From: Pseudomonadota bacterium
GTDB taxonomy: Bacteria > Bdellovibrionota_B > Oligoflexia > Oligoflexales > CAIYRB01
Length of the DNA: 50,648 nucleotides
Assembly (NCBI GenBank): GCA_031416315.1
Contig: JANOTL010000028.1
Location: forward strand, 1-50,648
Direction: 5' to 3'
The notes beneath the pieces are model-generated. The model was not told where the DNA came from and made no database searches. It saw only the letters and a program-made list of their open reading frames with translations. Both the position numbers and the translations under genes were made by a program. The number at the start of each line of letters is the position of its first letter. Within the stretch, counting starts at the first letter, position 1. Of this stretch, positions 17,594 through 28,842 are shown piece after piece.

Positions 17594-17913
17594 CGCGACT
17601 TTCGGGCGGGCGACTTGGTGAACAAGCGGACCATCTCTTTCTTCTGCAAGTCGATCACTTGCTGCCGGTACTTGTGCATGACGTCGACCATCTCTTTGGC
17701 GCCGATCGCGTAGAGCGCCGCGAGCCGAGGCAGGACGTCGGTCGGCGGCAGGGAAACGCCGCGCTCCCAGTTGCTGACGAATTGCGGGCTCGTATAGTCG
17801 AGCTGACGCGATACGTCTTGCTGCGTCAAGCTCGCCTTTTCACGCTTCGTCTTCAAAAACTTTCCCACGTGCTTGAGCCTCAGCTCAAGCTCGCTCGCGT
17901 CACCAGATTTCAT
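17590..17913 (-). CDS. XRE-family HTH transcriptional regulator
   Basis: LKTKREKASLTQQDVSRQLDYTSPQFVSNWERG. Confidence 0.88.
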   Translation of the reverse strand: MKSGDASELELRLKHVGKFLKTKREKASLTQQDVSRQLDYTSPQFVSNWERGVSLPPTDVLPRLAALYAIGAKEMVDVMHKYRQQVIDLQKKEMVRLFTKSPARKSR

Positions 17914-18014
17914 GCGCAGCCCTTTTTTTCGGCCCTGAACGATGCGCGTTCATTCTAACCAAATCTCTGCGAGAGGAAAGGCTCTTCCGGGCAGCGATTC
18001 GTAATCAATAATCG

Positions 18015-18302
18015 CTACTCGCCGGCGATGCGCTTCGATTTGGCGCGCAATTTTTCGCGTGCGACTTGCCCCGCGACCTTGTGAATCTCGGGACTCGTGC
18101 GGATGAGTTTCATGATCTGAGCGATGATCATGCGCTCCTGCGCCGGCGGCACGAGGAAGACGCCCATCTCGTGGAAGTGGCCGACGAGAATGCCTTCCAC
18201 GACCACGGGGTCGATGGACAAGGGATCGAGCATAGGCTTGATCGGCTTGACGTTGACCTTGCGGTTGATGAAGACGGCGATGGGGACGACTTCAGTCTGC
18301 AT
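18015..18302 (-). CDS. Hypothetical protein (95 aa)
   Basis: Good codon bias; preceded by GCCGATAG -10-like element at 6 nt. Confidence 0.7.
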   Translation of the reverse strand: MQTEVVPIAVFINRKVNVKPIKPMLDPLSIDPVVVEGILVGHFHEMGVFLVPPAQERMIIAQIMKLIRTSPEIHKVAGQVAREKLRAKSKRIAGE

Positions 18303-18391
18303 GAGAGCCTATCGGCGCGTCGTTGCGGCAGGTCAAGCTTTCGCAATCCTGCCGGGCCGCACCCTCGCCTCCGGAGAAACCCTAAGCCCGC

Positions 18392-19324
18392 TCAGTCGCC
18401 CGAATTGTTGCACAAGTTAGGCTGGACGCGACCGTAATCTGGCTCGTGTTGGCTATGCGGAACGCCCTCGTTGCAACCCTTGTAAGGCGTCATCGTCACT
18501 TCGAGGCGCGAGCCGAGCTGAAAGTTCATTGTCACGGGCGTCACATTGCGGCTGTCGAACGTGATCGGCGACTCCTGCGAGCCGTCAGCGTGAAAGATCT
18601 CGACCTTCACGTTGTGATTGCAGCCCGAGCCGCTGTACGTCGTGCCGGAGACCTGTTGTACGGCCGTCGACACGACCTTCGAGCCTTCGACTTTGAACTT
18701 GCCTTCAAAGCAGAGCACCGCGTCGTTGTAGTCTCTGTCACCCGCGGCCCCCAAATCCTCGAAGTTCACGCCGACCCGCACCACCGGCACGCCGGGGATC
18801 TTACTGATGACTTCTTCGTTGCTCACGTCGATCGAGCCGGGGCCGCCGTCCGAGCCGGATCCGAGATCGATCGCCGGATCCGTCGAGCCGCTGCCGGTCG
18901 CGTCGGTGACGGTGACCTTGATCTCGCGCTTGTCGCCGTTCGGCAAGACCACGCTGATCGTCGTCTCGCCAGGCGACACACCGACGATCTCGCCGGTCTT
19001 CGGATCAAAGGCGGCGATCTCCGAGTTCGCTGACTCGCCGGTCTTGATTTCCGGGACTTTCAAGAGGTCTTTGGCGCTGCTCTTTTCGCCGACCGGGACC
19101 GAGGTCTTGGCATTTTTCGGCTCACTACCCTTGCCCGAGCCCGAGCCCTTGCCCGAGCCGGTGCCCGTGCCGCTGCCCGTGCCTGATCCGGAGCCCTTGC
19201 CTTTGCCCGCTTCCGCGGAGCCTGGCTTCGGCTCCGTCCCGGTCATTTCAGTCGACGAGCAACCCGCTGCCATGAGCAGAGCGGTCAGGCTGATAGCGGC
19301 GATGTGCAGCGGACGAACTCGCAT
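18392..19324 (-). CDS. Lipoprotein with Ig-like (Big_2-like) domain and acidic FED..DYND beta domain
   Basis: Lipobox AAGC, G/S/T linker, SEIAAFDPKTGEIVGVSPGETTISV, FEDLGAAGDRDYNDAVL. Confidence 0.7.
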   Translation of the reverse strand: MRVRPLHIAAISLTALLMAAGCSSTEMTGTEPKPGSAEAGKGKGSGSGTGSGTGTGSGKGSGSGKGSEPKNAKTSVPVGEKSSAKDLLKVPEIKTGESANSEIAAFDPKTGEIVGVSPGETTISVVLPNGDKREIKVTVTDATGSGSTDPAIDLGSGSDGGPGSIDVSNEEVISKIPGVPVVRVGVNFEDLGAAGDRDYNDAVLCFEGKFKVEGSKVVSTAVQQVSGTTYSGSGCNHNVKVEIFHADGSQESPITFDSRNVTPVTMNFQLGSRLEVTMTPYKGCNEGVPHSQHEPDYGRVQPNLCNNSGD

Positions 19325-19364
19325 CGGGAACCTCGGTAGACGGTCAATATCTCGCTTCGGATGA

Positions 19365-22197
<2,833 letters not shown>

Positions 22198-22366
22198 CGC
22201 GTCAAAAACCTCAATCTCGAGGGCAGCATAGATCAAAGCTTGCGGATCCGCTGCGCCTTTCCGGTCCCCCGTGGACCTTTCGTGCCAGGCGCGGTAAAAC
22301 CTAAAGCAAGTCACCACCAACGAAATTCATGGACCTAGTGATCCGGTCCCCTACCCGGAGTGTCCG

Positions 22367-23197
22367 ATGATGACCCGCGTGCCTTTCGCCGTTCTACTGC
22401 CGGTCGGCCTCGCCTTCTTCGGCCTGAGCGCCTGCGTCGACGGCGGCGGAGCGTCCCAGGACCCGGACGAGCTCGTCCCCACCCCGACGGCCGTTGCCAG
22501 CCCCGATGCCACGCAGACCGAGGCTCCGGCCGTCGAGAAGCCGATCACGGCGACCCCAGAGACCGCCGCTGCCGCGGACGAGTCCTCCGCCGAAGCGGTC
22601 GAGGAAGAGGACGAGGAGGACGGCGATGCCGAGGTTTCCGAGGAGGACCTGCGGCGAGCCCGCGAGGCCAGCATGTGGATCGACCGCGGCATCGCCAATC
22701 GCGGGATCGGCAGCTACGACGAGGCGATCGCCGACTACGGCAAGGCCTTGGCCCTCGACGCGTCCAACAGCAACGCCTTCTACAATCGCGCCATCGCCAA
22801 GAAAGCGAAAGGCGACGTGACCGGCGCCATCGCCGACTACTCCGAGACGATCAAGCTGAATCCGCAGGACTCCGACGCCTACTTCAACCGGGCCAGTATC
22901 TATCATTACGACCTGAACGCCCCCGAGAAAGCCTTGGCCGACTACACCCGCTCGATCGACATCAAGCCGAGCGCCGACGCCTACACCTACCGCGGCGTCG
23001 TTCGCTTTGCCCGGCGCGACTATCAGGGCGCGATCGCCGACCACACGAAGGCGATCGAGCTGAACCCCGACTACGCCGTGGCCTACAACCACCGCGGCAT
23101 CGCTCGCAACGCCGCCGGCGACGCCAGGGGCTCGAAGCTTGACTACGCGCGCGCCCTCGATCTGGCCAATTCGCAGCTCGACCAGCGCAAACAGTAG
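22367..23197 (+). CDS. TPR-repeat lipoprotein
   Basis: Lipobox LSAC; repeats AIADY..A..L.P...AY.NR(G/A). Confidence 0.88.
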   Translation: MMTRVPFAVLLPVGLAFFGLSACVDGGGASQDPDELVPTPTAVASPDATQTEAPAVEKPITATPETAAAADESSAEAVEEEDEEDGDAEVSEEDLRRAREASMWIDRGIANRGIGSYDEAIADYGKALALDASNSNAFYNRAIAKKAKGDVTGAIADYSETIKLNPQDSDAYFNRASIYHYDLNAPEKALADYTRSIDIKPSADAYTYRGVVRFARRDYQGAIADHTKAIELNPDYAVAYNHRGIARNAAGDARGSKLDYARALDLANSQLDQRKQ

Positions 23198-23209
23198 GGC
23201 CAAATCTCC

Positions 23210-23776
23210 ATGCCGTTCCGCGATCACGGGAAAGTGCTGCCCGGCGAAGGCGCCGACGCGCCGCGGCGCGTCCAAGGCATCGTCATCGCCGGCGAGCTCT
23301 CCGAGCTGGAGGCGATGGCGCACCACGCGCCGACGCGCCTCATGATGAGCTTCAACGAGTTCAACAACCTCTGCATCGGCGTCGCCTCTGCGGTCCTGCC
23401 GGGTGCTCGTGCCACCGTCTGCTGGTCCGGGTCGACCTTCATCTTCGCGATCGAGGGCGCGGCGGCCAAGGCCGTCGCCGTCGGCCGCCGCCTGCTCGAG
23501 GAAAGGCGCGAGTTCGCGCGCGTGCACGGCGTCGCCAAGGTCCTGGACCTGGGCTGCGCCGCGGGCGAGATCCTCGTCGCGCGCGGCGGCGCGGACGGCG
23601 CGCGCGCGCCGCAGGTCTTCGGACCGCCGGTGCGCAGGGCGCGCGAGCTGCATGCGATGGCCGAGGAGCTGGCGGCACAGCACGGTCGCCGCGATCTCTT
23701 GATCTGCGAGGCGAAGATCGTCGAGGCCGCGGACGTCGAGCACCCGCAAGGGGAGGGGATCGCGTGCGTCGGCTGA
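23210..23776 (+). CDS. Degenerate class III nucleotide cyclase-like protein
   Basis: LDLGCAAGEILVARGG..R..QVFGPPVRRAREL follows the cyclase pattern but catalytic residues are missing. Confidence 0.55.
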   Translation: MPFRDHGKVLPGEGADAPRRVQGIVIAGELSELEAMAHHAPTRLMMSFNEFNNLCIGVASAVLPGARATVCWSGSTFIFAIEGAAAKAVAVGRRLLEERREFARVHGVAKVLDLGCAAGEILVARGGADGARAPQVFGPPVRRARELHAMAEELAAQHGRRDLLICEAKIVEAADVEHPQGEGIACVG

Positions 23777-24426
23777 TCGCCGCGCTCGCGCTCCTTCTGG
23801 CCGGCGAAGCCTCGGCCGCGGTGCTCGTGAATCCCTTCGGCGTGCGCTGGGGCGCCTCGCCGCAAGAAGTGCAGTACTACATGGTGAAGACGGGCTTCAA
23901 ATTCCTCGGCCCGACCGAGCTCGGCGGCGACACCAACCACTTCCTGCACGAGCATCGCTACGAGGGTAACCTCCTCGGCCAGTACTCCGACCACATCGCG
24001 CCGCTCTTCTTCGGCGGCCATTACTTCGGCATGGCAGTGAGCGTCTCGCCCTCGCCAAAAAAGCCGGCCTCGTTGATCTGGGAGGAGATGGTCTCTGCCC
24101 TCACGCGCCAGTACGGGCCGCCGACCTCCAAAGTGAAGCCGACGCAGATGGTGAGCCTGATCTCGGTGCTGAAGCTCCTGCCCGACGGCGAGATCAAGGG
24201 CAAGCTGATGCAGATGTATGCCGCGGCGGACAAAAACCGCGAGATCGGCCCCTACATGCTGCAGGATCTCGAGATCAGGGTCGGCACTTGGGTGCCGGAC
24301 GCGACCTGGAAGTTCGACAACAACGTCGTCGTCAAAGCCGTGATGCGCGCGGGCTGGCCGGACCAGTACGGCCTGACGGCGCTGAAGCCGTGCGTGCTCT
24401 ACAGTAACTACGATTTCCTGCGGTAA
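23764..24426 (+). CDS. Hypothetical secreted protein (paralog of 28095..28841)
   Basis: Signal peptide MRRLIAALALLLAGEASA; RBS GGAGGG; PFGVRWGASP, YGPP. Confidence 0.8.
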   Translation: MRRLIAALALLLAGEASAAVLVNPFGVRWGASPQEVQYYMVKTGFKFLGPTELGGDTNHFLHEHRYEGNLLGQYSDHIAPLFFGGHYFGMAVSVSPSPKKPASLIWEEMVSALTRQYGPPTSKVKPTQMVSLISVLKLLPDGEIKGKLMQMYAAADKNREIGPYMLQDLEIRVGTWVPDATWKFDNNVVVKAVMRAGWPDQYGLTALKPCVLYSNYDFLR

Positions 24427-24469
24427 CGCCGTTCGTCACGCGTCAAGACCCATGCGGATCTCCACACGA

Positions 24470-24632
24470 CGAAAATCCCCGAGGCACTTGCGCGCCCCGA
24501 GGACCCGTTCTTCTTCCCAGCGCCTGCGAGAGCGCCGGGATGCATCTCCAGCCTCGGGCCGCCGTAAGGCTACCCAAAACCGGTCTCCCCATGAAACCTG
24601 CGCCGTGCCCGAGAGCGCTGCGCCGTCTCACA
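24470..24632 (-). ncRNA. Candidate structured small RNA
   Basis: ORF-poor 290-bp gap, sigma28-like promoter at 24639-24666, several hairpins ending in a GCAA-capped stem plus ATTTT. Confidence 0.3.
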
Positions 24633-24638
24633 ACAAAC

Positions 24639-24666
24639 TTTACGGCGGGATCGGCAGGCCGCTTTA
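24639..24666 (-). promoter_or_regulatory. sigma28-like promoter
   Basis: TAAA-N16-GCCGTAAA. Confidence 0.5.
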
Positions 24667-24717
24667 CCGTCACCGAATTCGACAGGCTTTTGGCGGGTTT
24701 CGGCTATGATCTAAAGA

Positions 24718-25470
24718 ATGGACCGACGCCTCCGCCTCGCCGTTCTCCTCGTCGTCACCGCCGTCGCGGCCGGCGTCGTCTTCGCCCAACCGCGCCTGCC
24801 GCAGGACCCGGCCTACCACCTCTTCGTCGACACGCGGCTCGTCTTCGGCATCCCGAACGCCTGGAACGTGCTCTCCAACTTGCCTTTCCTGATCATCGGC
24901 TTGCTCGGCATCGCGGCCTGGACGCGCGCCGCGGAGCGGAAGGCCGGCTGGCTGTGTTTTTTCGTCGGCATCGCGCTCACCGCTTTCGGCTCCGCCTGGT
25001 ATCACCTCGCGCCGTCGAACGAGACCTTGCTCTGGGACCGTCTGCCGATGACCTTGGGTTTCATGGCCTTGTTCGCCGGCGTGATCGGCGAGCGCATCAG
25101 CGAGCACGCCTACAGGCTTCTTTTGTGGCCCCTGATCGGCGTCGGCGTGGCGAGCGTCCTTTACTGGTACGCGAGCGAGCGCGACGGCGCCGGCGACCTG
25201 CGCCTCTATGTCTTGGTGCAGTTTTTCCCGCTGCTCACGATTCCTTTGATCATGGCGCTCTACGAGCCGCGCTACACGCACGGTCGTTACATTCTTTTCG
25301 CGCTCGCGGCGTATGCCGCCGCGAAAGCCTGCGAGGTGCTGGACCGGCAGATCGGCGATCTCACGGCCGGGATTCTTTGCGGTCACGCGCTGAAGCATCT
25401 GGTCGCGGCCTTTGCCTGCTACCTGCTCTTCGTGATGTACCGGGACCGGGCGCTCAGTCGTCCCCTCTGA
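24718..25470 (+). CDS. Alkaline ceramidase-like membrane hydrolase (CREST family)
   Basis: About seven TMs; NVLSNLPF, GSAWYH, WDRLPM, GHALKH. Confidence 0.82.
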   Translation: MDRRLRLAVLLVVTAVAAGVVFAQPRLPQDPAYHLFVDTRLVFGIPNAWNVLSNLPFLIIGLLGIAAWTRAAERKAGWLCFFVGIALTAFGSAWYHLAPSNETLLWDRLPMTLGFMALFAGVIGERISEHAYRLLLWPLIGVGVASVLYWYASERDGAGDLRLYVLVQFFPLLTIPLIMALYEPRYTHGRYILFALAAYAAAKACEVLDRQIGDLTAGILCGHALKHLVAAFACYLLFVMYRDRALSRPL

Positions 25471-26623
25471 TCTCCGAGACGACGACTTTCTCGGGGTCAG
25501 TCGCGAGAAAGAGCTCGCTGAAAGCGAAATCGTCCCAAGTCGACTTAGATGCCTTCACGGTCTCGATCGACGAGACCGTCAACCGGTACGAACCCTTCTT
25601 GAGGGTGATCTCCTTAAATTCGGTAGTCGCATCGATCACAGGGTCGTCGAGGAGCACGTCCTCGTTGTCCCCTTCGTCCTCGCGGATGCGGACGCGCGGC
25701 GCCTTGTCGGCCTCGCCGGTTGCGTAGCCGCACGCGTCCTTGATACGGAGCGTGAGCTGTGTCTCGCTCGAGATCGTAAGGCGCATCTTTAGCTTCTTGC
25801 CGAATCTCTTCGTACCGTAAGCTGCGGCGGCGCAACCTTTGTTGTAGTCGACATTCTTCAAGATCTCTTCGTCCCCGAGATGGATGAAGGCGTTGTCCTG
25901 GTCGCGGATGGCGATGCCTCCGGCTTCGTTTTTTGCGACGACCTTAGGCTCATGCAGCTGAATCTCCTCGCCGGAGACTGGGGCGGGTCCTGAGACGGAG
26001 TCCGAGTCAGTGCCCCCACCCGTCTCGCTCTCGCTGTCCTCGATCTCGCCTTCCGGCTCAGGCGGCGCCACGGGCTCAGGCGCCTTCTTCGCGTATGCCT
26101 TGCCGGCGACAGTCAGGACGACCTCGCCGCGCGCCTCGGCCGCGAGCGCGCGGGGAATCGGCGCGCCGACGTGGTATGCCGAGCTTTCCGGCATCTTGTA
26201 GACCCTGGTGGCGATCTTTTCGCCCTTGCCGTCGACGAGGCTCCAGTCGACTTTCTCGAAATCGGTGAGTGCGATCTTCTTGTCGGCCCGCGTCAAGACG
26301 CAGCCGAAGGCGACGTTTTCTGCGTCGGTGCCGTCGAGCGTCGCGTCCATGTTGCAGGCCAAGAATGCGCCGGCGACTTGCGCCGGCTCGCTGGCCTTGT
26401 CGTCTTCCTTGTCTTCGACCGCGACCGCGGGCTTCGAGCCTTGGCCGGCGGATCCGGTTCCCGCGCCGCTGTCGTCGGTCGTGGAGACGTCCTTCTTCTT
26501 GCCGTCTTTGGCGGCCGACTCCGTGATCCCGCCGAAGCTACCGCCGCTGCAGCCGACGTAGGTGAGGCCGAGAGTGGCGAGGAGCGCCGCTAATAGGAGC
26601 GAGTTTTGAGCGTAAATTTTCAT
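25454..26623 (-). CDS. Hypothetical lipoprotein
   Basis: Lipobox YVGC; EPAQVAGAFLAC..FGC domain; acidic linker; beta-rich C-terminus; start ATG 26623. Confidence 0.75.
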   Translation of the reverse strand: MKIYAQNSLLLAALLATLGLTYVGCSGGSFGGITESAAKDGKKKDVSTTDDSGAGTGSAGQGSKPAVAVEDKEDDKASEPAQVAGAFLACNMDATLDGTDAENVAFGCVLTRADKKIALTDFEKVDWSLVDGKGEKIATRVYKMPESSAYHVGAPIPRALAAEARGEVVLTVAGKAYAKKAPEPVAPPEPEGEIEDSESETGGGTDSDSVSGPAPVSGEEIQLHEPKVVAKNEAGGIAIRDQDNAFIHLGDEEILKNVDYNKGCAAAAYGTKRFGKKLKMRLTISSETQLTLRIKDACGYATGEADKAPRVRIREDEGDNEDVLLDDPVIDATTEFKEITLKKGSYRLTVSSIETVKASKSTWDDFAFSELFLATDPEKVVVSEIRGDD

Positions 26624-26629
26624 ACGGGC

Positions 26630-26657
26630 TTTTCGGCACAAACCCGCGCGCACCTGA
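26630..26657 (-). promoter_or_regulatory. sigma28-like promoter
   Basis: TCAG-N16-GCCGAAAA, 6 nt before ATG. Confidence 0.55.
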
Positions 26658-26676
26658 CTAGGGTTAATTAACCCTG

Positions 26677-27618
26677 TTAGATCAATATCTTGTCGTCAGA
26701 AGATCCGGCCTTCCGCACTTGGTCGAAGGCGGCCATGGCGCTGGCCAGGATGCCGGCGATGTCGCCGACGTTCGCCGGCACGATCATGGTGTTGCTGCGC
26801 TTCGCGAGGTTGCCGAACTGCTTCACCCAGTCCTCTGCGACGCGCAAGCGCGCGGCGTCGGCACCGCCCGGCATGCCGAGCGTCTTTGCGACTTCGGCTA
26901 GCCCCTGTGCCGAAGCCGTGGCGATGGCGCGAATGGCGGAGGCTTGCCCCTCCGCCTCGTTGATCTGCTTCTGCTGGATGGCCTCGGATGCCTTGATGAC
27001 CTCTTGCTTCTGGCCATCGGCGACGTTGATTGCGGCGTCACGCTGGCCCTCCGAGGCCAGGATGATCGCGCGCTTCTCGCGCTCGGCGCGCATTTGCTTC
27101 TCCATCGCCTCGACGACCTCGCGGGGCGGCGTGATCGAGCGGATCTCGTAGCGCAGGACTTTCACGCCCCAGGCCTCTGTCGCCTTGTCGAGCGCGTTGA
27201 CGATGGCGGTGTTGATCGGCACGCGCTCCTCGAACGTGCGGTCGAGGTCGAGCTTGCCGAACTCCGAGCGCAAGCTCGTCTGCGCGATCTGCACGACGGC
27301 GAGCTGATAGTTGGAGACGCCGTAGCTGGCCCGCGCCGGGTCCATCACGCGCATGAAAATGACGCCGTCGACGCCGATCTGGACGTTGTCGCGCGTGATG
27401 CAGGGCTGCTCGGGGATGTCGAGCACGAGCTCTTTCAGGCTGTGGCGGTAGCGCACGCGGTCGACGATCGGAAAGATCACGTGCGGGCCGGCGTGCAGCG
27501 TGCGGTCGTACTTGCCCAGCCGCTCGACGACGTACGCGAACTGCTGCGGCACGATGCGCACCGTCATGAAGGCGAAGACGACGACGAAGAAGACGATGAC
27601 GAGGGCTAGGATTTCCAT
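26677..27618 (-). CDS. SPFH/stomatin-like protein (QmcA-like)
   Basis: IVPQQFAYVVERLGKY, CITRDNV, WGVKVLRYEI, QMRAEREKRA. Confidence 0.93.
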   Translation of the reverse strand: MEILALVIVFFVVVFAFMTVRIVPQQFAYVVERLGKYDRTLHAGPHVIFPIVDRVRYRHSLKELVLDIPEQPCITRDNVQIGVDGVIFMRVMDPARASYGVSNYQLAVVQIAQTSLRSEFGKLDLDRTFEERVPINTAIVNALDKATEAWGVKVLRYEIRSITPPREVVEAMEKQMRAEREKRAIILASEGQRDAAINVADGQKQEVIKASEAIQQKQINEAEGQASAIRAIATASAQGLAEVAKTLGMPGGADAARLRVAEDWVKQFGNLAKRSNTMIVPANVGDIAGILASAMAAFDQVRKAGSSDDKILI

Positions 27619-27619
27619 C

Positions 27620-28057
27620 TCAGGACTCCGGGCGAAGGATCAACTGGATGCCTTTGGTAGCCACGATGACGGCCTTGTCGCCGGCGCGCAGGTCGACCGC
27701 GGATTCATTGAGCGCGTCCCAAGGCGTGCCTTGGTACTCGACCTTGGCCGTCCCGCCCGCCGCGACGTCGGCGGTGAGCTTGATCACTTGCTTCCGGTCG
27801 AGCGACGGCGCGCCGCTCCCGCGCTTCATGACGCTCATCAGCTTCTGCCGCAGGAGCGCGAGGCCGACCGCGCCGAAGGCCGCGAAGAGGAGGAGCTCGA
27901 CCACGAGGTGGTCGAGGCCGAAGACGCCCTTCAGGAGCGCGACCAAAAGCGCCGCCACTCCGAAGAAGACGAGGACGAAACCCATCGTCAAAAGCTCGAC
28001 GATGAGCAGCAAAAAACCAAAAATTGCCCAGAGGACTGCGGGAGTTAGGAGGCTCAT
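27620..28057 (-). CDS. NfeD-family protein
   Basis: Three TMs, KVEYQGTPWDA OB-fold; adjacent to SPFH gene. Confidence 0.88.
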   Translation of the reverse strand: MSLLTPAVLWAIFGFLLLIVELLTMGFVLVFFGVAALLVALLKGVFGLDHLVVELLLFAAFGAVGLALLRQKLMSVMKRGSGAPSLDRKQVIKLTADVAAGGTAKVEYQGTPWDALNESAVDLRAGDKAVIVATKGIQLILRPES

Positions 28058-28094
28058 CCGGATAAGTTACCAGCCGGTCGGCTAAAATGAAACC

Positions 28095-28841
28095 ATGAGC
28101 CTCACGCGATTTTGTTTTGCCTTGGTCCTGACCGTCTTCGGCGCGGCGTCGGCTGCGGCATTCGCGGAGGCGGGTAAGGTCCTCAAGGATCACTACGGCG
28201 TCTACGGCTTGGCCTGGCTCAAGACGCCGCCCGAGGCGCGCTCGATCCTCGCGCCCAAGCTGAAGTTCCTGGAGGAGGTCGCCGCGGAGGCGGCCGCATA
28301 CCACACGATCGACCAGAGATACGAAGGCGACTTCGGCGGCCTGAAGACCGCCGAGATCTTCCTCAGGTTCTACAAGGGCGAGTTCTTTTACATGATGGTC
28401 ACGCTCGCCACGACGGACGCGGGCTCGGCGGCGAAGGTGTTCGAAGAGGTGCGCGAGCGCATGGAAAAGACCTACGGCCCCGGCAAGGGCTACCGGCCCC
28501 CCGTGCACTTCGCCAGCAAAAAGGCCTTTCTCGATCATCTGAGCTACGACGAAGAGCAGCAGAAGGGCCTGAAGTTTCTATACAACGACGTCAAGGAGCA
28601 GGACGAGCAGACGACCTGGCTGTTCAAAGACTTGCAGATCCGGATGAAGCACTGGGACCCGTTCGTCGGCTGGAAGTTCAAGAACCAAGTGGTGATCCAG
28701 AGCTTCGTCTATCCGCAGTACTTCGAAGGCAAGGAGCAGGCGGTGCTGAAGCCGATCTGGATCTTTTGCAAGCAGGACGTGTTCGACAAGTGGAAGAAAG
28801 AGATCCGGGTGTCTTCGATCGTGCCGCCGCGGGACTTCTGA
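28095..28841 (+). CDS. Hypothetical secreted protein (paralog of 23764..24426)
   Basis: Signal peptide ending AAAFA; RYEG, YGP, DLQIR..W.P..WKF.N, LKP shared with paralog. Confidence 0.8.
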   Translation: MSLTRFCFALVLTVFGAASAAAFAEAGKVLKDHYGVYGLAWLKTPPEARSILAPKLKFLEEVAAEAAAYHTIDQRYEGDFGGLKTAEIFLRFYKGEFFYMMVTLATTDAGSAAKVFEEVRERMEKTYGPGKGYRPPVHFASKKAFLDHLSYDEEQQKGLKFLYNDVKEQDEQTTWLFKDLQIRMKHWDPFVGWKFKNQVVIQSFVYPQYFEGKEQAVLKPIWIFCKQDVFDKWKKEIRVSSIVPPRDF

Positions 28842-28842
28842 A

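Noticed and set aside
19125..19210. Short tandem DNA repeats
   Set aside because: Encode the G/S/T/K linker of a lipoprotein; no repeat-spacer structure
24443..24673. 76-aa minus-strand ORF
   Set aside because: No RBS or motifs, and its start lies upstream of the predicted promoter; sRNA reading preferred
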